NCBI GenBank assembly: GCA_903828535.1 | Contig: CAIKMN010000022.1 | Location: forward strand, 46,854 to 110,853 | Origin: an uncultured Curvibacter sp. | Lineage (GTDB): Bacteria > Pseudomonadota > Gammaproteobacteria > Burkholderiales > Burkholderiaceae_C | Direction: 5' to 3' | DNA length: 64,000 bases | Shown here: one piece after another, positions 29,414 through 37,209 of the stretch | How the letters are laid out: each line of letters starts with the position of its first letter | How positions within the stretch are numbered: the first letter of the stretch is position 1 | Notes under the pieces: generated by a model | Database searches by the model: none | Told to the model about the DNA's origin: nothing | What the model saw: the letters and a program-made list of their open reading frames with translations, nothing else | Made by a program: the position numbers and the translations under genes

Positions 29414-30538
29414 ATGCCCGGCTTATTACCTCACGTTGACCCCGATGGACTCTTAGAGTATTCAGTGGTTTATACCGACCGTTCGCTCAATCACATGTCC
29501 AAAAAGTTCCAGGGCGTGGTGCAGGACATTACCCAAATCTTGAAGGAAGTCTATAACGCAGACGCTTGCACGCTGGTGCCCGGCAGCGGCACTTTTGGTA
29601 TGGAAGCGGTTGCCCGGCAATTTGCCAACAAAGAGAAATGCCTGATTATTCGCAATGGTTGGTTCAGCTACCGCTGGACTCAAATTTTTGAAACGGGACA
29701 ATTCGCGGGTGATTTGGTGGTGGTGAAAGCCCAACGCCAAGGTCAAACCGCGCAGTCGCCCTTTGCGCCCCACCCCATCGAAGACGTGGTGGCCTTCATC
29801 AAAGCAGAAAAACCGGGCGTTGTTTTCGCGCCGCACGTCGAAACCTCTGCAGGCATCATCTTGCCGGACGATTACTTGCGCCAAGTGGGCGAAGCGGTTC
29901 ACTCGGTGGGTGGTTTGTTCGTTCTGGATTGTGTGGCCTCTGGCGCGATGTGGGTCGATATGAAAGCCTGCGAAGTCGATGTTTTGATCACCGCCCCGCA
30001 AAAGGGTTGGAGCAGCTCGCCCTGCTGCGCCATGATTGCCATGAGCAAATTGGCCCGCGAAAGGCTGGACCAAACCACCAGCTCAAGCTACTCAATTGAC
30101 CTTAAAAAGTGGACCCAAATCATTGAGGCCTACGCCAACACCACCTTCGTTTACCACACCACGTTGCCGACCGATGCGCTCAGGATTTTGCGCGACGTGA
30201 TGGTCGAAACGCGTGCCGTTGGATTCGAAAAATTGAAAGCGGCTCAAATGGAGCTGGGCACCAAAATCAGAAAATTGCTGATCGACCATGGCTACCCATC
30301 GGTTGCGGCTGAAGGCTTTCAAGCGCCTTGCGTGATCGTCAGCTACACCACGGATCCCGACATTCAATCGGGCAAAAAGTTCATCGAGCTGGGTCTGCAA
30401 ACCGCGGCCGGGGTGCCCCTTCAATGCGACGAAGGTCCGGACTACCGCTCTTTCCGTCTGGGACTTTTTGGCTTGGAAAAACTGCAAAACGTCGACCGCT
30501 CGGTTGCGTTGTTTGCGCAAGCCCTTGGAAAGCTTTAA
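29414..30538 (+). CDS. aminotransferase class V (alanine/serine--glyoxylate aminotransferase-like)
   Basis: It has the class V layout (TLVPGSGTFGMEAV, LITAPQKGW with the PLP lysine) and is ~374 aa. Confidence 0.78.
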   Translation: MPGLLPHVDPDGLLEYSVVYTDRSLNHMSKKFQGVVQDITQILKEVYNADACTLVPGSGTFGMEAVARQFANKEKCLIIRNGWFSYRWTQIFETGQFAGDLVVVKAQRQGQTAQSPFAPHPIEDVVAFIKAEKPGVVFAPHVETSAGIILPDDYLRQVGEAVHSVGGLFVLDCVASGAMWVDMKACEVDVLITAPQKGWSSSPCCAMIAMSKLARERLDQTTSSSYSIDLKKWTQIIEAYANTTFVYHTTLPTDALRILRDVMVETRAVGFEKLKAAQMELGTKIRKLLIDHGYPSVAAEGFQAPCVIVSYTTDPDIQSGKKFIELGLQTAAGVPLQCDEGPDYRSFRLGLFGLEKLQNVDRSVALFAQALGKL

Positions 30539-31134
30539 TGGCCCTCTTAGTCATCGGTTTGATTCTTTTTTTAGGCGTTCACTCCGTCCGTATCTTTGCA
30601 GATCCTTGGCGCAGCACAGTCATTGAAAAGCGGGGCGAAGGCGGTTGGAAAGGCCTCTACTCCCTGATTTCATTGCTTGGTTTAGGACTGATCATTTGGG
30701 GCTATGGCGAAGCCCAGTCCGAAGGTCTCATGGTCTGGACGCCGCCGCTTTGGACATGGCACATCACCATCGCCTTGATGCTGGTTGCGTTTGTCTTTCT
30801 GACCGCTGCGTATGTTCCCAGAAATGGCATCAAGGCCAAGCTCAAAGACCCGATGATTTTGGGGGTCAAAACGTGGGCCTTGGCCCACCTGTTTTCCAAC
30901 GGCTCGCTCGCAGGCCTTGTTTTGTTTGGCAGCTTTTTAATTTGGGCGGTTCTGGACTTCAAATCGGCGAGGGAAAGAAGGCCTGCGGTAGAAGTTCAGA
31001 GTCCCAAAGCCTCTGGGTTGATGACAGCATTCACCCTCGTTGTCGCCGTGATGGCCTGGGCCTTGATGGCTGTTTATGGGCACGCGCTCTTGATCGGCGT
31101 TGACCCCATCGGCTGGATGAAGGCGCCGTTATAG
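30538..31134 (+). CDS. NnrU family membrane protein
   Basis: It begins MALLVIGLILFLGVHSVRIF and has multiple TM segments. Its ATG overlaps the upstream TAA by 1 nt. Confidence 0.72.
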   Translation: MALLVIGLILFLGVHSVRIFADPWRSTVIEKRGEGGWKGLYSLISLLGLGLIIWGYGEAQSEGLMVWTPPLWTWHITIALMLVAFVFLTAAYVPRNGIKAKLKDPMILGVKTWALAHLFSNGSLAGLVLFGSFLIWAVLDFKSARERRPAVEVQSPKASGLMTAFTLVVAVMAWALMAVYGHALLIGVDPIGWMKAPL

Positions 31135-31166
31135 CCGGCTGTATTGGGGGTCAGGCGTTAACCAGG

Positions 31167-31418
31167 TCACTGGTGCGGTGGGGCGACACAACCACCGGGC
31201 TTCAACTTTCGCTCGGTGGAAGCAGGGTATTTTGCCAATGCCGATGGGGGTCGGATGGGCCTTGTCGTGAATTGACCGCCACAGTTAGGGCAGCGGCCAG
31301 CCAACGTTCCCTTCGCACATTCTGGGCAGAAAGTGCATTCAAAAGAACAAATCAGCGCCTCTGCCTCGGGTGGCAAGTCTTTGTCACAGCATTCACAGTT
31401 GGGGCGAAGTTGCAGCAT
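31167..31418 (-). CDS. DUF1272 domain-containing Cys-rich (zinc-ribbon-like) protein
   Basis: It has the pattern NCECCDKDL...CSFECTFCPEC...CPNCGG. Confidence 0.7.
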   Translation of the reverse strand: MLQLRPNCECCDKDLPPEAEALICSFECTFCPECAKGTLAGRCPNCGGQFTTRPIRPPSALAKYPASTERKLKPGGCVAPPHQ

Positions 31419-31442
31419 GGGCAGGGCCTCTTTCGAATTCGC

Positions 31443-31829
31443 TCAGGCTTTGGGCTGTCTGTACATTGAGCACAGTTTGTTGCCCGAAGGGTCGCGCAGC
31501 CAAGCGATGTAGAGCGTGCCGGCCGGGCCCTCGCGAAATCCAGGCAAACCTTCGCACTCGGTACCCCCGTTCGCCAAACCGGCGGCATGGAAGTGGTTGA
31601 CCTCTTCCACTGACTTGGCCGCAAAGCCGATGGTGCCTCCATTTGCTGCGGTGGCTGGTTTGCCGTCAATGGGTTGGGTGATACAGAAAACGCCCGCGGG
31701 GCTGCGGTAAAAGTAACGACGGTCCTCGTGGATGACGCCGGGTTTGACGCCCACCGTGGCCAAGACCGCGTCGTAGAACTTTCTGGAAGCTTCCAGGTCG
31801 GTCGCGCCGAGCATGATGTGACTGAACAT
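31443..31829 (-). CDS. VOC (glyoxalase/bleomycin resistance/dioxygenase) family protein
   Basis: It begins MFSHIMLGATDLEASRKFYD. ATG 31829 is preceded by an AGGAGA SD. Confidence 0.8.
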   Translation of the reverse strand: MFSHIMLGATDLEASRKFYDAVLATVGVKPGVIHEDRRYFYRSPAGVFCITQPIDGKPATAANGGTIGFAAKSVEEVNHFHAAGLANGGTECEGLPGFREGPAGTLYIAWLRDPSGNKLCSMYRQPKA

Positions 31830-31882
31830 AGGGGTCTCCTTTAGGTCATTTTTTAATTGAGAACGAAGCATAACAACAAGTA

Positions 31883-32566
31883 TCAAGACCGTCTTTTGTC
31901 TTCCAAAATTGTCCCTAAAAGCCGTATTTCCGCTTCATGCGGTTCGTCGCGTTGCACCTCGAGCAGCGCTTGGGCTTGCCACTCTTGAAGGGCAGCAAGC
32001 GCCAAAAGTTGGTTGGCATAGGCTTGGCTCGTTGGACTCAACTCAAGCCCATAGGTTTGCAAACGAAAGGCCACGGGCGCATAAAAGGCGTCAACCGCCG
32101 TGAAGTTTTCACCCGCCAACCAAGGCCCTTGAAAGCGGCTCAAACCATCTTGCCAAAGTTGGTCCAAGCGTGCAAGGTCGGACAACAGGGGCCCACTTTT
32201 TTGATGCAAGGCCATTCGAACTCCAATGTTCATCGAACAATCGTTTCGAAGTGCGCGAAATCCCGCGTGCATTTCCGCGGCGGCACACCGCCCCCAAGCC
32301 CGCGCCACCGGGTCTCGCGGCCAGACACCGTCATGGCGCTCAGCTAAAAATTCTGCGATGGCCAAGGAATCCCAGATCGATTGATGGCCGTCAACCAACA
32401 CCGGCACTTGAGCCGTCGGTGAAAAAAGACTGAATTCAGAGTGGGTCTTTTCTCCAGCAAAGAAATTCATTTTTTCAACAAACGGGATGCCCAAAACTTT
32501 CATCAAAACCCAAGGCCTCAGCGACCATGATGAATAGTTTTTATTGGCTATGTAGAGCTCAAGCAT
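31883..32566 (-). CDS. glutathione S-transferase family protein
   Basis: It has a GST N-terminal thioredoxin-like fold (LYIANKNYSSWSLRPW, VPVLVD, SLAIAEFL) and a C-terminal helical domain. Confidence 0.86.
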   Translation of the reverse strand: MLELYIANKNYSSWSLRPWVLMKVLGIPFVEKMNFFAGEKTHSEFSLFSPTAQVPVLVDGHQSIWDSLAIAEFLAERHDGVWPRDPVARAWGRCAAAEMHAGFRALRNDCSMNIGVRMALHQKSGPLLSDLARLDQLWQDGLSRFQGPWLAGENFTAVDAFYAPVAFRLQTYGLELSPTSQAYANQLLALAALQEWQAQALLEVQRDEPHEAEIRLLGTILEDKRRS

Positions 32567-32665
32567 TCGCGCCTCCTGCTGTTTAAATGAATCAACGACA
32601 TCTTAACGTTTCGGCGAAGTGCTGCGCATTCGAGGTCTGCATTAACGCTCAATGCCCCTGAATTG

Positions 32666-32697
32666 GTTGACCTAAATAAAGGTTTATTTTGGTCAAC
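32666..32697. promoter_or_regulatory. 32-bp near-perfect inverted repeat (GTTGACCTAAATAAA-GG-TTTATTTTGGTCAAC, one mismatch)
   Basis: Read directly from the sequence. It sits in the divergent gap between the GST gene and the small exported protein gene. Confidence 0.35.
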
Positions 32698-32772
32698 ACC
32701 CCAGCCACTGAGGCCGTTGAATGGGTACTCCAAATCGTTGGAGCTTTTGATAACCAACCTCAAGGACTCATC

Positions 32773-33078
32773 ATGAAAAAGACCATCGCCGCCCTCCTCA
32801 TCAGCACCTTGGGTGCTGTCGCCTTCGCTCAAGCACCCCCTGCCACTGCTGCCACTGCTGCAACTGCTGCAACCGCTGCCACGCCAACGGCGGTGGTTGC
32901 CGCTCCGGTCACCCCTCTTGCAGTGGGCGCCAACGCTCAGGGGGCTACAGGGACACCCAACAAGGCCACCGCGGCCCCGAAGGCCAGCAAGGCTGAAAAA
33001 AAGGCCAAGGTTTCTAAGCTAAAAGCCCAAGAAACCAAAGTTCAGGCGGCTGCCAAACTGCCTGCCTCAATCAAGTGA
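32773..33078 (+). CDS. small exported Ala/Thr/Lys-rich low-complexity protein
   Basis: It has the signal peptide MKKTIAALLISTLGAVAFA-QA, an AAGGA SD, (ATA)n repeats and a Lys-rich tail. Confidence 0.55.
   Translation: MKKTIAALLISTLGAVAFAQAPPATAATAATAATAATPTAVVAAPVTPLAVGANAQGATGTPNKATAAPKASKAEKKAKVSKLKAQETKVQAAAKLPASIK
32842..32886 (+). repeat. about 5 tandem copies of a 9-bp unit (GCCACTGCT-like) encoding (A-T-A)n
   Basis: Read directly from the sequence within the small exported protein gene. Confidence 0.7.
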
Positions 33079-33104
33079 TTCGAAAAACCTGAGTCGCATC
33101 TGCC

Positions 33105-34064
33105 TCAAGCCGCTTCAGCCATCAAAAAATCTCGGCTGATGCGGCCGCCCAAATCATTGACCCGGTCTAAGAATCGGGTCAAAAACGCGTGCAGGCCCAT
33201 GACCTCAATTTCATCGATCCGTGCGTATTGAAGTTCCGTCTGCAATTTGCCTGCCCAACGCATGGTTTCGCTGGAGGTGCCAGCCACCACAACAGATAAA
33301 TTTTCAACCACCTCGTTCAAGCATGCGTGCAAGGATCGGGGCATGTCGGCTCGCAAAATAAGCAACTCGGCGACGCGCTCGGGTTTGATGACATCGCGGT
33401 AGACCTTGCGGTAAATCTCAAACGCAGAGACGCTCCGCAAAATCGCACTCCAGTGATAGAAGTCGTACTCTTGGTCTTTGTCGGTGGCGGCACCAAAGAA
33501 GTCACTCTCGACCGCGTGGTACTTCACATCGACCAATCGGGCCGTGTTGTCGGCGCGCTCTAAGAAGGTGCCGAGTCGCATGAAATGCAACGCCTCATCC
33601 ATCAACATGGTGCCGACCGTCACGCCTCGTGATTGATGCGAACGCACTTTGACCCATTCAAAAAACTGGGCTGGGTCTTGCTCAAATTCACCCGCCTTCA
33701 ACATGCGGTTGAGCTCCAACCAGGTTTGGTTTTGAGTTTCCCAAACCTCGGTGGTCAAAGCACCGCGCACGGCCCGGGCGTTTTCACGCGCAGCACGCAA
33801 ACAAGAGACGATGGAAGACGGATTGCTCTCATCCTTGACCATGAATTCCATGACCTTTTCGGGCACGACGTCGCCGTGTTTGCTTTGGTAAGCAGACAGC
33901 AACTCGCTGATGGACAGCAAGCCTTGCCAGCCCACCAAAGCCACCGCGTCGGACTGCGGCAAGAGCGAGGTTTGGTAGTTAACGTCCAACATGCGGGCAG
34001 TGTTTTCGGCGCGCTCGGTGTAGCGAGACATCCAAAACAAGTGATCGGCGGTTCTTGACAACAT
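33105..34064 (-). CDS. alpha-E domain-containing protein (DUF403 type)
   Basis: The N-terminus MLSRTADHLFWMSRYTERAENTARM is the alpha-E hallmark. The gene starts 2 nt after the ATP-grasp stop. Confidence 0.85.
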   Translation of the reverse strand: MLSRTADHLFWMSRYTERAENTARMLDVNYQTSLLPQSDAVALVGWQGLLSISELLSAYQSKHGDVVPEKVMEFMVKDESNPSSIVSCLRAARENARAVRGALTTEVWETQNQTWLELNRMLKAGEFEQDPAQFFEWVKVRSHQSRGVTVGTMLMDEALHFMRLGTFLERADNTARLVDVKYHAVESDFFGAATDKDQEYDFYHWSAILRSVSAFEIYRKVYRDVIKPERVAELLILRADMPRSLHACLNEVVENLSVVVAGTSSETMRWAGKLQTELQYARIDEIEVMGLHAFLTRFLDRVNDLGGRISRDFLMAEAA

Positions 34065-34066
34065 AC

Positions 34067-35548
34067 TTAAACCTCCAAAATCCAAGTGTCCTTGGTGCCG
34101 CCACCTTGCGACGAATTCACCACCAAGGAGCCTTCTTTTAAGGCGACGCGGGTCAAGCCACCGGGTACCATTTGCACGGTCTTACCCGACAACACAAAAG
34201 GCCTTAAATCGATGTGACGCGGGGCGATGCCGGCGTCGACAAAAGTGGGGCAACTCGACAAGCTCAAGGTAGGTTGGGCAATGTAGCGGGCGGGGTCGGC
34301 CAGCAAAGCGGCGCGGAAGTCTTCAATTTCTTGCTGGGTGGCCGCGGGGCCGACCAACATGCCGTAGCCCCCCGCCCCATGGACCTCTTTGACAACCAAC
34401 TCAGACAGATGGTCCAGGGTGTATTTCAGGTCATCGGGCTGGCGGCACAAGTAAGTGGGCACGTTGTTCAGAATCGGTTTTTCGCCCAAATAAAACTCGA
34501 TCATGGCCGGTACGTAGGGGTAAATGGACTTGTCGTCGGCGATGCCGGTACCACAAGCGTTGCAAATGCCCACGTTGCCAGCGCGGTAGGCCCGCATCAA
34601 ACCCGAGACGCCCAAAGTGGAATTGGCGCGGAACACTTCGGGGTCTAAAAAATCATCGTCGACGCGACGGTAAATCACGTCCACTCGCTTCAAACCCCGG
34701 GTGGTACGCATCCAGACAAAGTCGTCTTTGACCACCAAGTCTTGGCCTTCCACCAGTTCCACGCCCATTTGTTGGGCCAAGAACGCGTGCTCAAAATAGG
34801 CACTGTTGTACATGCCAGGCGTCAGCACGACCACGGTGGGTTCGGTATTAGAAGACGGGGCGCTGGCGCGCAGGGTTTCGAGCAACAAATCGGGGTAATG
34901 GGCCACCGGAGCGACCCGGTGCTGACTGAACAAATCCGGAAACAGTCGCATCATCATCTTGCGGTTTTCCAACATATAGGAAACGCCGCTTGGGACACGC
35001 AAGTTGTCTTCGAGCACAAAGTATTCGCCTGCACCTGAGGCGGTGGGTGCCCGCACAATGTCGATGCCGGAGATGTGGGAATAAATTTGATTGGGCACCG
35101 AAACGCCCATCATGACTTGACGAAATTGCGCGTTGTTTTCGACCTGCTCCCGCGGCACGATGCCTGCCTTCAGGATTTCTTGATCGTGGTAAACGTCGTG
35201 GATGAATCGGTTCAGGGCCGTGACCCGCTGCACCAAACCGGCTTCCATGCGGTTCCATTCTTGGGCAGGAATGATGCGGGGAATCAGGTCGAACGGGATT
35301 AAGCGCTCGGTGCCGGCGCCGTCCTCGTCCTTGGCGCCGTAGACCGCGAAGGTGATCCCCACGCGCCTGAAAATCATTTCGGCTTCTGCACGGCGGGCCT
35401 GCATGGTGGCATTGGGCTGTTGTGCCAACCACTGGGCATAGCTGCGGTAATGCTCACGAAGAGGCAGATCAAACGCCAAATGGGAAGAAGTCTCCAACAC
35501 GGCGGACTGACTCTTCAGAGCCTCAAACATTTCATCAAATAGCTTCAT
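34067..35548 (-). CDS. circularly permuted type-2 ATP-grasp protein (DUF404/DUF407 type)
   Basis: It has motifs VSYMLENR, TPGMYNSAYFEHAFLAQQMG and VVKEVHGAGGYGM. ATG 35548 has a GGGAGAG SD. It is paralogous to 43457-46096. Confidence 0.87.
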   Translation of the reverse strand: MKLFDEMFEALKSQSAVLETSSHLAFDLPLREHYRSYAQWLAQQPNATMQARRAEAEMIFRRVGITFAVYGAKDEDGAGTERLIPFDLIPRIIPAQEWNRMEAGLVQRVTALNRFIHDVYHDQEILKAGIVPREQVENNAQFRQVMMGVSVPNQIYSHISGIDIVRAPTASGAGEYFVLEDNLRVPSGVSYMLENRKMMMRLFPDLFSQHRVAPVAHYPDLLLETLRASAPSSNTEPTVVVLTPGMYNSAYFEHAFLAQQMGVELVEGQDLVVKDDFVWMRTTRGLKRVDVIYRRVDDDFLDPEVFRANSTLGVSGLMRAYRAGNVGICNACGTGIADDKSIYPYVPAMIEFYLGEKPILNNVPTYLCRQPDDLKYTLDHLSELVVKEVHGAGGYGMLVGPAATQQEIEDFRAALLADPARYIAQPTLSLSSCPTFVDAGIAPRHIDLRPFVLSGKTVQMVPGGLTRVALKEGSLVVNSSQGGGTKDTWILEV

Positions 35549-35658
35549 AGCGCTCTCCCGCGGATAGCCAAGCAATATACGCGCCAATCATGACTTGCCT
35601 TTGGCCCACCTTAGCAGAGGCGACACGCCACTAAACGGTTCTGGGTTAAAAATCCTGC

Positions 35659-37209
35659 ATGCCCAACTCGAATGAACCCACCCCATCAGAATCCCTGCTC
35701 AACCTGAGCGCCGTGTCCCTTAGCCGCGCCGTGCAAGCCAGAGCGCTGTCTTGCCAAGAGGTGATGCAGGCCACGCTGGCCCAAATTGACCGATTCAACC
35801 CCGAGGTCAACGCCCTTGTTTCACTGCGCGATCCCGAGGTTTTATTAAAAGAAGCCCAAACCAAGGACCAAGTTCTGGCCCAGCACAGTGAACGTCATAC
35901 CCCCAAGGGCTGGCTTTTCGGTCTGCCCCAAGCCCCCAAAGACCTCAGTCCAGTGGCCGGCTTGCTCACCACCCAAGGCAGCCCGTTGTTGGCCACACAA
36001 ACAACGCCCCGCGACAACCTCATGACGGCCCGTTTACGGGCTGCTGGCTGCATTTTTATTGGCAAGACCAACACGCCCGAGTTTGGTCTGGGCTCGCAAA
36101 CCCACAACCCCGTCTTTGGCACCACCCTGAACGCTTGGGACAGCCGACTCACGGCGGGCGGCAGCAGTGGCGGCGCGGCGGTGGCTTTGGCGCTGAATAT
36201 GCTGCCCGTCGCCGACGGCAGCGACATGATGGGCTCGCTGCGCAACCCCGCCGGCTGGAACCACGTTTATGGCCTTCGCCCCAGTCTGGGGCGGGTCCCC
36301 AAGGGACCTGACCCGGATATGTTCTTCCAACAACTCGGCACCGAGGGGCCGATGGCCAGGAACCCTCAAGATTTGGCTTGGCTGCTGGCCACGCAGTCAG
36401 GCTACGACCCGAGTGCCCCCTTGAGCTTGTCTGGCAACGGCGATGAAACTGGTTTCTTCGGCAGCCTTGACGCTGACTTGAACGGCCGCCGCCTGGCTTG
36501 GCTGGGGGATTTGAACGGCTATTTGGCGATGGATCCCGGCGTCCTCGCCTTGTGCGAAGCGGCCTTGCCCCACTTTCAAACGCTGGGCTTGGGCGTCGAG
36601 GCGATGGTCCCTGAGTTTCAATACGAGCGGCTTTGGACCACTTGGCTGCACCTGCGGGGCTTTACCGTGGCAGGGAATTTACGCGAGTTTTACAACAACC
36701 CCAAAACCCGCCCCTTGCTCAAACCCGAGGCCCAATGGGAATCAGAACAGGGACAAGGATTGCTCGCCAGCGACGTCTTCACCGCGTCCGTCTGGCGCAC
36801 CCGCTGGTACCAACGCTTGGTGAAATGCTTTGAGCATTTTGATTACTTGGCGCTGCCCAGCGCCCAAACCTTTCCTTTTTCTGCTGACCTGCATTGGCCA
36901 GCGGAGGTCGGGGGGCGGGCCATGGACACCTACCACCGCTGGATGGAGGTGACCATTTACGCCACCCTGGCGGGGCTGCCCGCCATTTGTCTGCCCGCTG
37001 GGTTTTCTGAGGCCGGTTTGCCGATGGGCATCCAAGTCATTGGCCGCCCCCGCGATGAAGGGTCTTTGCTGCAATTGGCACAAGGATGGCACCAAGCCGT
37101 GCCCTTCATGGATCGCCGTCCGCCTCGGCTGGGTCGGGCAAGTCGTTCGGATCTTTTGGATCGTTCCTATCGTTCCAATAGTGTCGGTTCACCTCACGCT
37201 CGCAAATGA
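35659..37209 (+). CDS. amidase-signature family amidase
   Basis: It has the AS motifs (PKDLSPVAGLLTTQGS, GGSSGGAAVALA, GSDMMGSLRNPA). The C-terminal ~33 aa overlap the comEC tail. Confidence 0.87.
   Translation: MPNSNEPTPSESLLNLSAVSLSRAVQARALSCQEVMQATLAQIDRFNPEVNALVSLRDPEVLLKEAQTKDQVLAQHSERHTPKGWLFGLPQAPKDLSPVAGLLTTQGSPLLATQTTPRDNLMTARLRAAGCIFIGKTNTPEFGLGSQTHNPVFGTTLNAWDSRLTAGGSSGGAAVALALNMLPVADGSDMMGSLRNPAGWNHVYGLRPSLGRVPKGPDPDMFFQQLGTEGPMARNPQDLAWLLATQSGYDPSAPLSLSGNGDETGFFGSLDADLNGRRLAWLGDLNGYLAMDPGVLALCEAALPHFQTLGLGVEAMVPEFQYERLWTTWLHLRGFTVAGNLREFYNNPKTRPLLKPEAQWESEQGQGLLASDVFTASVWRTRWYQRLVKCFEHFDYLALPSAQTFPFSADLHWPAEVGGRAMDTYHRWMEVTIYATLAGLPAICLPAGFSEAGLPMGIQVIGRPRDEGSLLQLAQGWHQAVPFMDRRPPRLGRASRSDLLDRSYRSNSVGSPHARK

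Noticed and set aside
30328-30537. The ORF track offers a 70-aa N-terminal extension of the NnrU ORF.
   Set aside because: The extension lies wholly inside the aminotransferase gene in another frame. The NnrU-type N-terminus MALLVIGLILFLGVH starts at ATG 30538, overlapping the upstream stop.
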